Of a stretch of DNA of 64,000 nucleotides, positions 42,412 to 54,009 are shown in pieces (the first letter of the stretch is position 1; the number at the start of each line of letters is the position of its first letter). Under the pieces are notes generated by a model, which saw only the letters and a list, made by a program, of their open reading frames with translations, did no database searches and was not told where the DNA came from. This DNA is from Gammaproteobacteria bacterium. Lineage in GTDB: Bacteria > Pseudomonadota > Gammaproteobacteria > Natronospirales > REEB76. A program made the translations under genes and the position numbers. The stretch is from assembly GCA_036000105.1 (NCBI GenBank), contig DASYGE010000002.1, positions 264,793 to 328,792 of the forward strand. Direction: 5' to 3'.

Positions 42412-44988
42412 TTAATCCGACTTAGCTGTTTTCTTGAGTTCGTAAAGCAGTTCCAGCGCTTCTTTCGGCGAGAGTTTGTCAGGATCGATGGTCTTGAGTT
42501 TCTCTTCCACCGCCGAAGGCGGCGGGGTGAAGAGGCCGATCTGCTGTTCCGTGGGCGGCGTTTCTTTGGGGCGGCGCTGGGCCTGCTCGAGGCGCGTGAG
42601 GTATTCCTTAGCCTGTGCGATGACGGACTTGGGGATGCCGGCCAAGGCTGCTACCTGCAAGCCATAACTCCGGTCCGCCGGGCCTTCTTTCACGGCGTGC
42701 AGGAACACGAGTTCGTGGGCGTGCTCGGTGGCATCCAGGTGCACGTTGGCGACGCCGGGCACGAGGTCGGCTAGCGCCGTGAGTTCGAAGTAATGGGTGG
42801 CGAAGAGCGTGAACGCCCGCACTTGCCGTGCGATGTGGCTCGCCGCCGCCCAGGCGAGAGACATGCCGTCATAGGTGCTGGTGCCGCGGCCGATCTCGTC
42901 CATGAGCACGAGGCTCTTGTCCGTGGCGTTGTTGAGGATGTTGGCGGCTTCCACCATCTCCACCATGAAGGTGGAGCGGCCGCCGGCCAGATCGTCGGAA
43001 GCACCGATGCGGGTGAAGATGCGGTCGAGCGGCCCCATGACGGCGCGTGTGGCCGGCACGAAACTGCCGATGTGGGCGAGGATACTGATGAGCGCCGTCT
43101 GGCGCATGTAAGTGGATTTGCCGCCCATGTTGGGGCCGGTGATCACCAGCATGCGGCGGCTGTCGTCGAACTTCAGGTCATTGGGCACGAAGGGCGTGTC
43201 GATGACCTGTTCCACCACGAGATGCCGGCCGCCTTCTATGAGGATTTGGGGGGCATCGCTCAATTCCGGGGAGGAGAGCCTTAAAGTCACGGCCCGCTCC
43301 GCCAGATTGGCGAGCACGTCCAGGTTCGCGAGGGCACCGGCGGTCTTCTGCAAGTCCGCGAGCCGCTCGATGAGCGCATCGAGAAGGGCATCGTAGAGGC
43401 TGCGTTCCCGGGCGAGAGCCCGTTCCTCGGCGGACAGCGCCTTGTCCTCGAAGCTCTTCAGTTCCGGCGTGATGTAACGCTCCACACCTTTGAGGGTCTG
43501 GCGCCGTATGTAATCCGCCGGGACTTTCTCGGCCTGGGCGCGGGTCACTTCGATGTAATAGCCGTGGACCCGGTTGTAGTTGACGCGCAGGGTGGTGATG
43601 CCGCTACGGACCCGCTCGCGGGTCTCCAGCTCCGCCAGGAACTCGGTGCCGTGCTGGCCGATGCGGCGCAGCCCATCCAGTTCCGCATCATAACCATCGG
43701 CGATGACGCCGCCTTCCCGGACCAGGGCCGGCGGGTTCTCGGCGAGGGCTTTCTTCAGGAGCGCGTAGAGATCCGGCTGTTCGCCCAGCTGCCGGGCGAG
43801 TTCTGCGATCAGCGGCGTATCCAGAGGTTTAAGCAGCTTTTGGAGAGCGGGGAGTTCTCCAAGGGTGTAACGCAGTTGGCCGAGATCCCGAGGGCGGGCG
43901 GATTTGAGGGCCACCCGGGCCAGGATACGTTCCACATCGCCGATGCCATTCAGGGGTTCCCGCAAGCTCTCGTAGCGCCGATTCTCTATAAGGGTAGCGA
44001 CGCAGTGATAGCGGGCCTTCAATAGAGCGTGATCCCGCAGAGGCCGGTTGAGCCAGCGGCGCAGCAAGCGGCTGCCCATGGGCGTGACGCTCTTGTCCAT
44101 CACACCCGCCAGGGTGTGTTCATGGCGACCCACGAGGCTCGCTTCCAATTCCAGGTTGCGGCGCGTCGCCGCATCCAGGATGAGGGCATCGTCGCGGCGC
44201 TCGACGGTGAGGCCCGTGAGATGGGGCAGCGCCGTGCGCTGGGTCTCCTGCACGTATTGCAGGAGCGCACCGGCCGCCGCGACGCCGGCCGCCATGCCTT
44301 CCACGCCGAAGCCCGCCAGATCCCGGGTGCGGAACTGAGCGGTCAAGAGGCGCGTCGCAGTATCGCTATCGAAATGCCAGGGCGGACGCTGACGAGCACC
44401 GGCCCGCTGGGCGGCAGCCTTGGGCAAGAGGGCGTCTTCAGCGAACAAGAGTTCTGCGGGACGCAGACGTTCCAGTTCGCCCAAGAGCGCTTCATCGCCT
44501 TCCACTTCCAGGAGCGTGAAACGGCCGCTACCGAGATCGAGAGCAGCGATGCCGTACCGGCCTTCGCGCCCATAGGCGGCAGCCAGCAGGTTATCCCGGC
44601 GCTCTTCCAGCAGCGCTTCGTCGGTGACGGTGCCGGGCGTGACGATACGCACCACTTTGCGTTCCACCGGGCCCTTGGAGGTGGCTGGATCGCCGATCTG
44701 TTCACAGATGGCCACGGATTCCCCGAGTTTCACCAGCTTGGCGAGGTAGTTATCCAACTGGTGATAGGGCACGCCGGCCATGGGGATGGGCGTGCCGCCG
44801 GACTGGCCACGCTGCGTCAGGGTGATGTCCATCAGCCGTGCGGCTTTGCGCGCGTCGTCGTAGAAGAGCTCGTAGAAATCGCCCATGCGGTAGAACACCA
44901 GCACGTCCGGGTGCTCGGATTTCACCCGCAGGTACTGGCGCATGACCGGCGTATGTTCGGCGAAGCTGTTGTCGGCTGACTGCTGCAT
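42412..44988 (-). CDS. mutS: DNA mismatch repair protein MutS
   Basis: Internal ATG ([23 protein letters not shown]...). Walker [10 protein letters not shown]. Full-length MutS pattern. Confidence 0.96.
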   Translation of the reverse strand: MQQSADNSFAEHTPVMRQYLRVKSEHPDVLVFYRMGDFYELFYDDARKAARLMDITLTQRGQSGGTPIPMAGVPYHQLDNYLAKLVKLGESVAICEQIGDPATSKGPVERKVVRIVTPGTVTDEALLEERRDNLLAAAYGREGRYGIAALDLGSGRFTLLEVEGDEALLGELERLRPAELLFAEDALLPKAAAQRAGARQRPPWHFDSDTATRLLTAQFRTRDLAGFGVEGMAAGVAAAGALLQYVQETQRTALPHLTGLTVERRDDALILDAATRRNLELEASLVGRHEHTLAGVMDKSVTPMGSRLLRRWLNRPLRDHALLKARYHCVATLIENRRYESLREPLNGIGDVERILARVALKSARPRDLGQLRYTLGELPALQKLLKPLDTPLIAELARQLGEQPDLYALLKKALAENPPALVREGGVIADGYDAELDGLRRIGQHGTEFLAELETRERVRSGITTLRVNYNRVHGYYIEVTRAQAEKVPADYIRRQTLKGVERYITPELKSFEDKALSAEERALARERSLYDALLDALIERLADLQKTAGALANLDVLANLAERAVTLRLSSPELSDAPQILIEGGRHLVVEQVIDTPFVPNDLKFDDSRRMLVITGPNMGGKSTYMRQTALISILAHIGSFVPATRAVMGPLDRIFTRIGASDDLAGGRSTFMVEMVEAANILNNATDKSLVLMDEIGRGTSTYDGMSLAWAAASHIARQVRAFTLFATHYFELTALADLVPGVANVHLDATEHAHELVFLHAVKEGPADRSYGLQVAALAGIPKSVIAQAKEYLTRLEQAQRRPKETPPTEQQIGLFTPPPSAVEEKLKTIDPDKLSPKEALELLYELKKTAKSD

Positions 44989-45061
44989 GGGATGGCCAGG
45001 ACGTGGAGGGGCGATGCTAGAGGCGCAGTACCGATATATCAAGGATGCTAACCTTCAGACC

Positions 45062-45559
45062 ATGAAGACCGACGACGCGACCCTCATGGGACTGGCCGCC
45101 GAGGTGGGCAGCCGGCTCAAGGCCCGTTCGCTCATGCTGGCCACAGCAGAATCCTGCACCGGCGGGTGGATCGCCAAGTGCATGACGGACGTGGCGGGCA
45201 GCTCCGCCTGGTTCGAGCGGGGATTCATCACCTACAGCGACCAGGCCAAGGCGGCCATGCTGGGGGTGCGCCAGAGCCTCCTCACGGAACACGGCGCCGT
45301 CTCGGAAGCGGTGGTGCGGGAGATGGCCTCCGGCGCCGCCAGCTGGAGCCATGCCCAGGTGACGGTGGCGGTCTCCGGCATCGCCGGGCCCGACGGGGGC
45401 AGCGCGGAGAAGCCCGTGGGTACTGTATGGATCGCTTGGCGTTGGGCTGATGGGAAGGTGACTGCCCGGCATTTCCTGTTCCAGGGAGATAGGGAGGCGG
45501 TCCGTAGAGCCGCGGTGCTGGCGGCCCTGGAAGGGCTCAAAGAGGGTCTCAAGCCCTGA
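45062..45559 (+). CDS. pncC: CinA-family nicotinamide-nucleotide amidase (PncC domain)
   Basis: ...LATAESCTGGWIAKCMTDVAGSS.WF..G.ITYS...K is the CinA C-terminal domain pattern. Confidence 0.85.
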   Translation: MKTDDATLMGLAAEVGSRLKARSLMLATAESCTGGWIAKCMTDVAGSSAWFERGFITYSDQAKAAMLGVRQSLLTEHGAVSEAVVREMASGAASWSHAQVTVAVSGIAGPDGGSAEKPVGTVWIAWRWADGKVTARHFLFQGDREAVRRAAVLAALEGLKEGLKP

Positions 45560-45608
45560 ATCTGCTTTTGCAGACTGTGTCTTCACCCGCTATTGACATT
45601 ATATACAG

Positions 45609-45628
45609 TACTGTATAAGATTACAGGT
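45609..45628 (+). promoter_or_regulatory. LexA (SOS) box inside a candidate promoter
   Basis: TACTGTATAAGATTACAGGT = CTGT-N8-ACAG. TTGACA lies at 45593-45598 just upstream. The box sits 55 nt before the thpR ATG. Confidence 0.75.
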
Positions 45629-45682
45629 ACCGGTAAATCCCTAGGTACAGCCAGTACCGCTGCCGGTTGCGGGTCGAATCGC

Positions 45683-46255
45683 ATGGGCGATCTCCACAAC
45701 AAGGTTGGCGGTGCGGGCGGCGCAAGCCGGCTCTTCTTCGCCCTCTGGCCCGAAGACCCGGTCCGCCAGGCTCTATATAAGGCCAGCCGCGTTGCGGTGC
45801 AGGCCAGCGACGGCAAGCCGGTCTCCGCTTCCCACTTCCATATCACCCTCGCGTTCCTGGGCAGCCTCGATCAGGAGGCGTCAGTGCGTGCCCGTTCAGC
45901 GGCGGCTTCCGTCAGGAGCGAGCCCTTCCAGATGGAACTCGACAGCCTCGGCCATTGGCCCGAACCCCAGGTGCTGTGGTGCGGCATCCGCCGCGTGCCG
46001 GCGGCGGCCCGGGCGCTCGCCGAGGGTCTGCGTCAGCGGCTCGTCTCCGCTGGGCTGAGGCCCGACCACAAACCCTTCGTGCCTCACGTGACCCTGGCGC
46101 GCAAGGCGCGCCGCGCGGACGCGCTCGACAGCTTCGGCCCGGTGGCATGGGCCGCAAAAGATTTCGTGCTGGTGAGTTCCGTCACCGGCGACTCCGGCAG
46201 TGAATATTCCCCGCTCGCGACGTATGCCCTCGGCGCCGGCGGGATTGTGAAATAA
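45683..46255 (+). CDS. thpR: RNA 2',3'-cyclic phosphodiesterase (2H / LigT family)
   Basis: RLFFALWP..., two H-x-T/S-x motifs ([17 protein letters not shown]). Confidence 0.8.
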   Translation: MGDLHNKVGGAGGASRLFFALWPEDPVRQALYKASRVAVQASDGKPVSASHFHITLAFLGSLDQEASVRARSAAASVRSEPFQMELDSLGHWPEPQVLWCGIRRVPAAARALAEGLRQRLVSAGLRPDHKPFVPHVTLARKARRADALDSFGPVAWAAKDFVLVSSVTGDSGSEYSPLATYALGAGGIVK

Positions 46256-46304
46256 TGGGCGCCAAGGGAAATTTCACATGAACGCGATCCTGAAGGTAGT
46301 TCCG

Positions 46305-47351
46305 ATGGACGATAACCGTAAGAAAGCACTCGCCGCGGCCTTGAGCCAGATCGAGAAACAGTTCGGCAAGGGCTCGGTGATGCGCCTGGGAGACCATGCC
46401 GCCACCCGCGAGATAGACGTGGTATCCACCGGCTCCCTCACCCTCGATATCGCCTTGGGTATAGGCGGCCTGCCGCGCGGCCGGGTGGTGGAGATCTACG
46501 GTCCGGAATCCTCGGGCAAGACGACCCTCACCCTGCAGGTGATCGCCGAGATACAGAAGAAGGGCGGCACCGCCGCTTTCATCGACGCGGAACATGCCCT
46601 GGATCCCCAGTACGCCGGCAAGCTCGGCGTGAAGGTGGAAGACCTGCTGATATCGCAGCCGGATACCGGCGAGCAGGCCCTCGAGATCGCCGACATGCTG
46701 GTGCGCTCCGCCGCGGTGGACGTGGTGGTGATCGATTCGGTGGCGGCGCTGACCCCCAAGGCCGAGATCGAAGGCGAGATGGGCGACCAGCACATGGGCC
46801 TGCAGGCGCGGCTCATGTCCCAGGCGCTGCGCAAACTCACCGCCAACATCAAGCGTTCCAACACGCTCGTCATCTTCATCAACCAGATCCGCATGAAGAT
46901 CGGCGTGATGTTCGGCAACCCGGAGACCACCACCGGCGGTAACGCGCTCAAGTTCTACGCCTCGGTGCGACTCGACATCCGCCGCATCGGCGCCATCAAG
47001 AACGGCGACGAGGTCATCGGCAGCGAGACCCGCGTCAAGGTGGTGAAGAACAAGGTGGCACCGCCGTTCAAGATCGCTGAGTTCGAGATCCTCTATGGCG
47101 AGGGCATCTCCCGCGCCGGCGAGATGATCGAGCTGGGCGTGATCCACAACCTGGTGGAGAAATCCGGCGCCTGGTACAGCTACAAGGGCAAGAAGATCGC
47201 CCAGGGCAAGGAAGGCGCGCGCGAATACCTGAAGCAGAACCCGGATGTGGCCGCCGAGATCGAGGCCGCCATCCGCGAGAAGCTCTTGCCGAAGAAGGTG
47301 GCGGGAGCTGCGCCCAGTGAGCCGAGTGAGCCTGTCGAAGCGGAAGCTTGA
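46305..47351 (+). CDS. recA: recombinase RecA
   Basis: [30 protein letters not shown]..., Walker [10 protein letters not shown]. Start chosen by homology; an alternative upstream ATG is at 46278. Confidence 0.97.
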   Translation: MDDNRKKALAAALSQIEKQFGKGSVMRLGDHAATREIDVVSTGSLTLDIALGIGGLPRGRVVEIYGPESSGKTTLTLQVIAEIQKKGGTAAFIDAEHALDPQYAGKLGVKVEDLLISQPDTGEQALEIADMLVRSAAVDVVVIDSVAALTPKAEIEGEMGDQHMGLQARLMSQALRKLTANIKRSNTLVIFINQIRMKIGVMFGNPETTTGGNALKFYASVRLDIRRIGAIKNGDEVIGSETRVKVVKNKVAPPFKIAEFEILYGEGISRAGEMIELGVIHNLVEKSGAWYSYKGKKIAQGKEGAREYLKQNPDVAAEIEAAIREKLLPKKVAGAAPSEPSEPVEAEA

Positions 47352-47814
47352 CGAAGACGAGGCCCGCGACCCGGCAAGGGTGCGGGCCTCGGCCCTGCGT
47401 CTACTCGCGCGCCGTGAGCATTCCTCCCTAGAGCTGCAGGGCAAGCTCGCGGCGCGCGGCTATGCGTCCGATGCCATAGGACCCGTGCTGGCGGCACTCG
47501 AGGACAAGAAGCTCCTCAGTGACGCGCGTTTCGTGGAGGAGTTCGTGGCTGCCCGGGTGCGACGCGGCTCCGGACCCATGAAGATCCGCGAGGAGCTGCG
47601 CGGCCGGGGTGTCGCCTCTGAGCTGGTGGATCAGGCGGTGGCAGCCCACCGAGGGGCTTGGGGTGCCATGGCGGAGGAGGCCAGGCGCAAACGCTTCGGA
47701 GCCGGGCGGCCGAAAGACATGCAGGAACGTGCCCGCCAGGCGCGTTTTTTGCAGCAGCGGGGGTTCTCCATGGAAGACATCCGCAAGGCCCTGAAAGGGG
47801 ACGTGGAAGACTGA
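47326..47814 (+). CDS. recX: recombination regulator RecX
   Basis: ...[24 protein letters not shown]... with RecX three-helix repeats. GTG start overlapping the recA 3' end; the exact start is uncertain (47317 and 47326 are both possible). Confidence 0.8.
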   Translation: MSLSKRKLDEDEARDPARVRASALRLLARREHSSLELQGKLAARGYASDAIGPVLAALEDKKLLSDARFVEEFVAARVRRGSGPMKIREELRGRGVASELVDQAVAAHRGAWGAMAEEARRKRFGAGRPKDMQERARQARFLQQRGFSMEDIRKALKGDVED

Positions 47815-47879
47815 GTTTTCCGCGGAATCCGCCGCGTCCTCCCTTGGGCGGCGGGGGCGAAAGCCTCATAATATCGCCC

Positions 47880-50507
<2,628 letters not shown>

Positions 50508-50689
50508 CAACAGCCTACCAGACCTGTTGCGCTTGGCATGACTGCGTTGCGCGCGGGTCTCGGAATCCTCATGTACTACCACGTACACTCCGGCTCCTCG
50601 TCCGCGCGCGCCTTGTCCTGCCTGCGCTCACGACGGTCTCGTTGGCTGTTGTGGCATCGCGATGAATACTTAACTTTGGGTGCGCTCGG

Positions 50690-51943
50690 ATGGCTCTGAT
50701 CGTCCAGAAGTACGGCGGCACTTCCGTCGCGGATTGCGCCCGCATCGAACACGTGGCGGACAAGGTGGCGGCTTCGCGGGGCCAGGGCCATGACATCGTA
50801 GTGGTGGTCTCGGCCATGGCCGGGGAGACGGACCGGCTCGTACGCCTCGCTCATACGCTCACCGACCGCCCCAACCCCCGCGAGATGGATGTATTGCTCG
50901 CCAGCGGCGAGCAAGTGTCCATCGCGCTCCTCTGCATCGCACTGGAGAAACGCGGTCTTAAGGCCCAGTCCTTCACCGGCGGCCAGGTGTGCATACGCAC
51001 CGACAGTGCCCACACCAAGGCGCGCATCGAACAGATCGATACCGAAGGCCTGCGTGCTGCTCTCGCCCGGGGCTGTGTGCCGGTGGTAGCGGGCTTCCAG
51101 GGGGTGGACCTGGCGGGGGACATCACCACCCTGGGGCGCGGCGGCGGCGACACCACTGCCGTCGGCGTCGCGGCCGCCATGAAAGCCGATGAATGCCATA
51201 TCTATACCGACGTGGACGGGGTCTATACCACCGACCCCCGGGTGGTGCCGGAAGCCCGGCGACTCTCGCGCATCACCTTCGAGGAGATGCTGGAGCTCTC
51301 GAGTTCGGGTTCGAAAGTGCTGCAGATTCGTGCAGTGGAGTTCGCCGGCAAATACAATGTCCCCCTGCGCGTGCTGTCCACCTTCAAGGAAGGCGAGGGC
51401 ACGCTCATCACCTACGAGGATGCAGCCGTGGAAGCCGCCGTCGTCTCAGGCATCGCCTTCAACCGTGACGAAGCGGAGATCGCCCTCGTGGGTGTGCCGA
51501 ACTCGGCCGGCATCGCGCACCGCATCATCGGGCCTGTGTCGGACGCCAACATCGAAGTGGACATGATCGTGCAGAACGTGGCGCGGGACGGCCGCTTCGA
51601 TTTCACCTTCACCATCCACCGCAACGACTACCGGCAGGTGATGGATATTTTGCAGGCGAACTTAAAGGCCATCGGGGCCGAGCGGCTGCAGGGCAACGAC
51701 CGGGTGGTGAAGCTCTCGGTGGTGGGGGTGGGCATGCGCTCCCACGCCGGGGTGGCCAGCACCCTGTTCCGGGCCCTGGCGGAGAAGCACATAGACATAC
51801 GCATGGTGGCCACTTCCGAGATCAAGATCTCGGTGGTGGTGGACGAAAAGCACCTGGAACAGGGGGTAAAAGCCCTGCATCAGGCCTTCGGTCTCGCGAC
51901 CGCACCCCAGGAGGACAGCCTGCATCGCGGCACTTCCGGTTGA
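50690..51943 (+). CDS. lysC: aspartate kinase
   Basis: MALIVQKYGGTSV..., TLGRGGGDTTAV motif, ACT domains at the C-terminus. Confidence 0.95.
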   Translation: MALIVQKYGGTSVADCARIEHVADKVAASRGQGHDIVVVVSAMAGETDRLVRLAHTLTDRPNPREMDVLLASGEQVSIALLCIALEKRGLKAQSFTGGQVCIRTDSAHTKARIEQIDTEGLRAALARGCVPVVAGFQGVDLAGDITTLGRGGGDTTAVGVAAAMKADECHIYTDVDGVYTTDPRVVPEARRLSRITFEEMLELSSSGSKVLQIRAVEFAGKYNVPLRVLSTFKEGEGTLITYEDAAVEAAVVSGIAFNRDEAEIALVGVPNSAGIAHRIIGPVSDANIEVDMIVQNVARDGRFDFTFTIHRNDYRQVMDILQANLKAIGAERLQGNDRVVKLSVVGVGMRSHAGVASTLFRALAEKHIDIRMVATSEIKISVVVDEKHLEQGVKALHQAFGLATAPQEDSLHRGTSG

Positions 51944-52061
51944 GCCCAGGGTCCAAAGAGCGGAGAATAGCCACCGCCCCGCAGAGGGCGGCTATATAAA
52001 GACGATTAAAAAGGACTTTGTTTGAGGTGATTGGGATATAAGGCTACTCAAGGAGCATGAC

Positions 52062-52268
52062 ATGCTGATCCTTACCCGGCGCGTGGGCGAAACACTCATG
52101 ATCGGTGACGAAGTCACGGTCACGGTGCTCGGCGTCAAGGGCAACCAGGTGCGACTCGGCGTGAACGCCCCGCGCACCATCGCGGTGCATCGTGAAGAGA
52201 TCTACGAGCGCATCAAGCGCGAACAGGAAGGCGGCAGTGAGCCGCCGGAAGCCGGCAACGCCGCCTGA
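52062..52268 (+). CDS. csrA: carbon storage regulator CsrA/RsmA
   Basis: [46 protein letters not shown]. Confidence 0.97.
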   Translation: MLILTRRVGETLMIGDEVTVTVLGVKGNQVRLGVNAPRTIAVHREEIYERIKREQEGGSEPPEAGNAA

Positions 52269-52438
52269 ACCCAGGGACTGGCTGACCTGTCTTTGACCGG
52301 GCGCAGTGGCGCCCGGTATCATCCACGATTCCGCCCTTGGCGAAGACCATGGATCCCGGTACCGGGCAGCTTGTCCGGGCTGGGGTGATTGCGTCAGGGA
52401 CGGTTTGAGAAGACCAGATCATACATAGCAGCGTTTTT

Positions 52439-52456
52439 GGAGAGGTGGCCGAGTGG
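52439..52456 (+). pseudogene. orphan tRNA-Ser 5' fragment (18 nt) with a duplicated leader
   Basis: GGAGAGGTGGCCGAGTGG is identical to 52554-52571. The preceding ~30 nt (AAGACCAGATCATACATAGCAGCGTTTTT) duplicate the intact gene's leader (52523-52553). Confidence 0.8.
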
Positions 52457-52520
52457 GTTCGGACCACTGGTCCGAACGACCGGACAGGAAGTCCGGGCGG
52501 GTCACCACACCAGGGATGGG
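52457..52520 (+). repeat. modular hairpin repeat, long form (copy A3)
   Basis: GTTCGGACC-ACT-GGTCCGAAC, then CGAC, then CCGGAC-AGGAA-GTCCGG, then CACACCAGGGATGG (52506-52519). Confidence 0.75.
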
Positions 52521-52553
52521 TAAGAAGACCAGATTACACATAGCAGCGTTTTT

Positions 52554-52647
52554 GGAGAGGTGGCCGAGTGGTCGAAGGCGCGCCCCTGCTAAGGGCGTAT
52601 ACGGGCTAAAACCTGTATCGAGGGTTCGAATCCCTCTCTCTCCGCCA
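52554..52647 (+). tRNA. tRNA-Ser (anticodon GCT)
   Basis: Manual fold. Acceptor GGAGAGG/TCTCTCC, anticodon loop CTGCTAA, long variable arm, T-arm GAGGG-TTCGAAT-CCCTC, encoded CCA. Confidence 0.92.
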
Positions 52648-52657
52648 ATTTCAAAGA

Positions 52658-52688
52658 AAAAGGGGGCTTTCCAAGCCCCCTTTTTCTT
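52658..52688 (+). terminator. tRNA-Ser intrinsic terminator
   Basis: AAAGGGGGCTT-TCCA-AGCCCCCTTT followed by a T-run. Confidence 0.85.
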
Positions 52689-52692
52689 TGAA

Positions 52693-52860
52693 CTGCCGTG
52701 AGCGGATTCGAACCCTCGATACCCAATCAGCCGGGTTCGACCAATTTGCCGGGGTTCGGCGCATGCGCCGAACGGGTTTGCCAGGGATGGCAAAGCCTGG
52801 GTTCTTAGCGAGGCAAGGAGAGCCGAGCTTAGAACGATTTGAACCGCCGAAGGCGGGCCC
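52693..52860. repeat. mosaic repeat block downstream of tRNA-Ser (inverted tRNA-Ser T-arm copy plus a short-form hairpin repeat)
   Basis: 52704-52722 is a perfect 19-nt inverted copy of tRNA-Ser GTATCGAGGGTTCGAATCC. 52751-52790 reads GGGGTTCGGCGCATGCGCCGAACGGGTTTGCCAGGGATGG. 52800-52855 reads TTCTTAGCGAGGCAAGGAGAGCCGAGCTTAGAAC. Confidence 0.7.
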
Positions 52861-52973
52861 GATAGCCCGGCGTAATCCCTCTCTCATCATCTTCCTCTTC
52901 ATTCTGCTCACCTTCGTCTTTCTGAACCCCCTGCTATCCTTCATCTATAACTAAGAACTCTCCGGGGGCTCTC

Positions 52974-53849
52974 ATGTACAAATCATTCTTGCTCAGCGGA
53001 TTCCTGGTCGGCGCCTTATTCGCCGGCACCACCCGCGCCGACAGCACTTTCTCCGACATGAATACCAACGCCGACGCAGCCAAGAAGACGGCGGTGACGG
53101 ACGGCTGGCAGGGCTCGTTGGCCTTCGGCACCATGGAGACTTCCGGCAATACCGATACTTCCAGCAGCAACGCCAAGGCCCTGTTCGGCTACAAGGGCGG
53201 CAACTGGCAGGATTCGTTGCTGTTCCAGGCGTTGCGCGCGAGCAGCGCCGGGGTGCTCACGGCCGAGAGCTATAACGCCAACGGCCAGACGGATTACAAC
53301 TTCACGGACAAGGATTATGTGTTCGGCAACCTGGACTACCTGCGTGATGTATTCAGCGGTTACGACCGGCGCACCTCGGAAGTGGGGGGCCTGGGACACC
53401 GGCTCCTGACGTCGGATACCCAACAGCTGGACATGCAGTTCGGCGTCGGTGCCCGCCAGACGCGCTACACCGATGACACCAGCAAATCCGAGGCGGTGGA
53501 ACTCCTGTCTGGCACCTATCTGCTGAAGTTCGGCAGCAACAGTACCTTCTCGGAGAACCTGAGCGTGGAGCACGGCGTCAGCAACACCTACAGCCAGTCG
53601 GTCACGGGACTCACCACGAACATCTCCGGGAGTTTTGCCCTGGCCATCACCTACACCATCAGCCACAACAGCAGCGTGCTCCCGGGCTTCAAGGACACGG
53701 ACAGGAGCACGGCGGTCTCGCTGGTCTATTCCTTCCCGCCACCGGCTCCCCCCGCTGCGCCGCCAGCCCCGCCGCCCTGTACCTGCAGTGCGCCGCCTGC
53801 TGTCACGGCGGCCGCGCCGGCTGCCGCCACCGCAAGCCCACCGCCGTAA
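52974..53849 (+). CDS. DUF481 (YdiY-like) outer-membrane protein with a Pro/Ala-rich C-terminal tail
   Basis: Signal peptide. GWQGSLAFG...GNTDTSS... is the DUF481 pattern. The barrel ends ...AVSLVYSF, then PPPAPPAAPPAPPP.... Confidence 0.75.
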   Translation: MYKSFLLSGFLVGALFAGTTRADSTFSDMNTNADAAKKTAVTDGWQGSLAFGTMETSGNTDTSSSNAKALFGYKGGNWQDSLLFQALRASSAGVLTAESYNANGQTDYNFTDKDYVFGNLDYLRDVFSGYDRRTSEVGGLGHRLLTSDTQQLDMQFGVGARQTRYTDDTSKSEAVELLSGTYLLKFGSNSTFSENLSVEHGVSNTYSQSVTGLTTNISGSFALAITYTISHNSSVLPGFKDTDRSTAVSLVYSFPPPAPPAAPPAPPPCTCSAPPAVTAAAPAAATASPPP

Positions 53850-54009
53850 AACCTAAGGGCCGCCTGCGGGAATGAACCGACGGGGCGTGCCGGGGTCCAA
53901 GCCTGGAAGCCCCATATCCTTAAGGGGTCTTGGGCCCGGTACAATGTTCTGGCGCCTGTTTCCACGCCCTTGCAGCGGGGCGCCCTCATCCATGCCGGTA
54001 AGACCAGCC

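Noticed and set aside
50508-50689. Lysine riboswitch (L-box) upstream of lysC
   Set aside because: I looked for the conserved L-box core elements in the 180-nt leader and could not recognise them. Not claimed. A cmsearch with RF00168 would settle it.
52269-52330. csrA terminator
   Set aside because: A CCGGGCGC-AGTG-GCGCCCGG hairpin is present but is not followed by a T-run. It is uncertain whether it terminates or is a processing or stability element, so I left it out of the feature list.
52439-52520. Cryptic unusual tRNA, tRNA-Sec or tmRNA-like gene
   Set aside because: Only the 5' acceptor strand and the start of the D-arm are present. There is no complementary 3' acceptor strand, T-arm (GTTCGAATC) or CCA downstream before the next leader. 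It is treated as an orphan fragment plus repeat.
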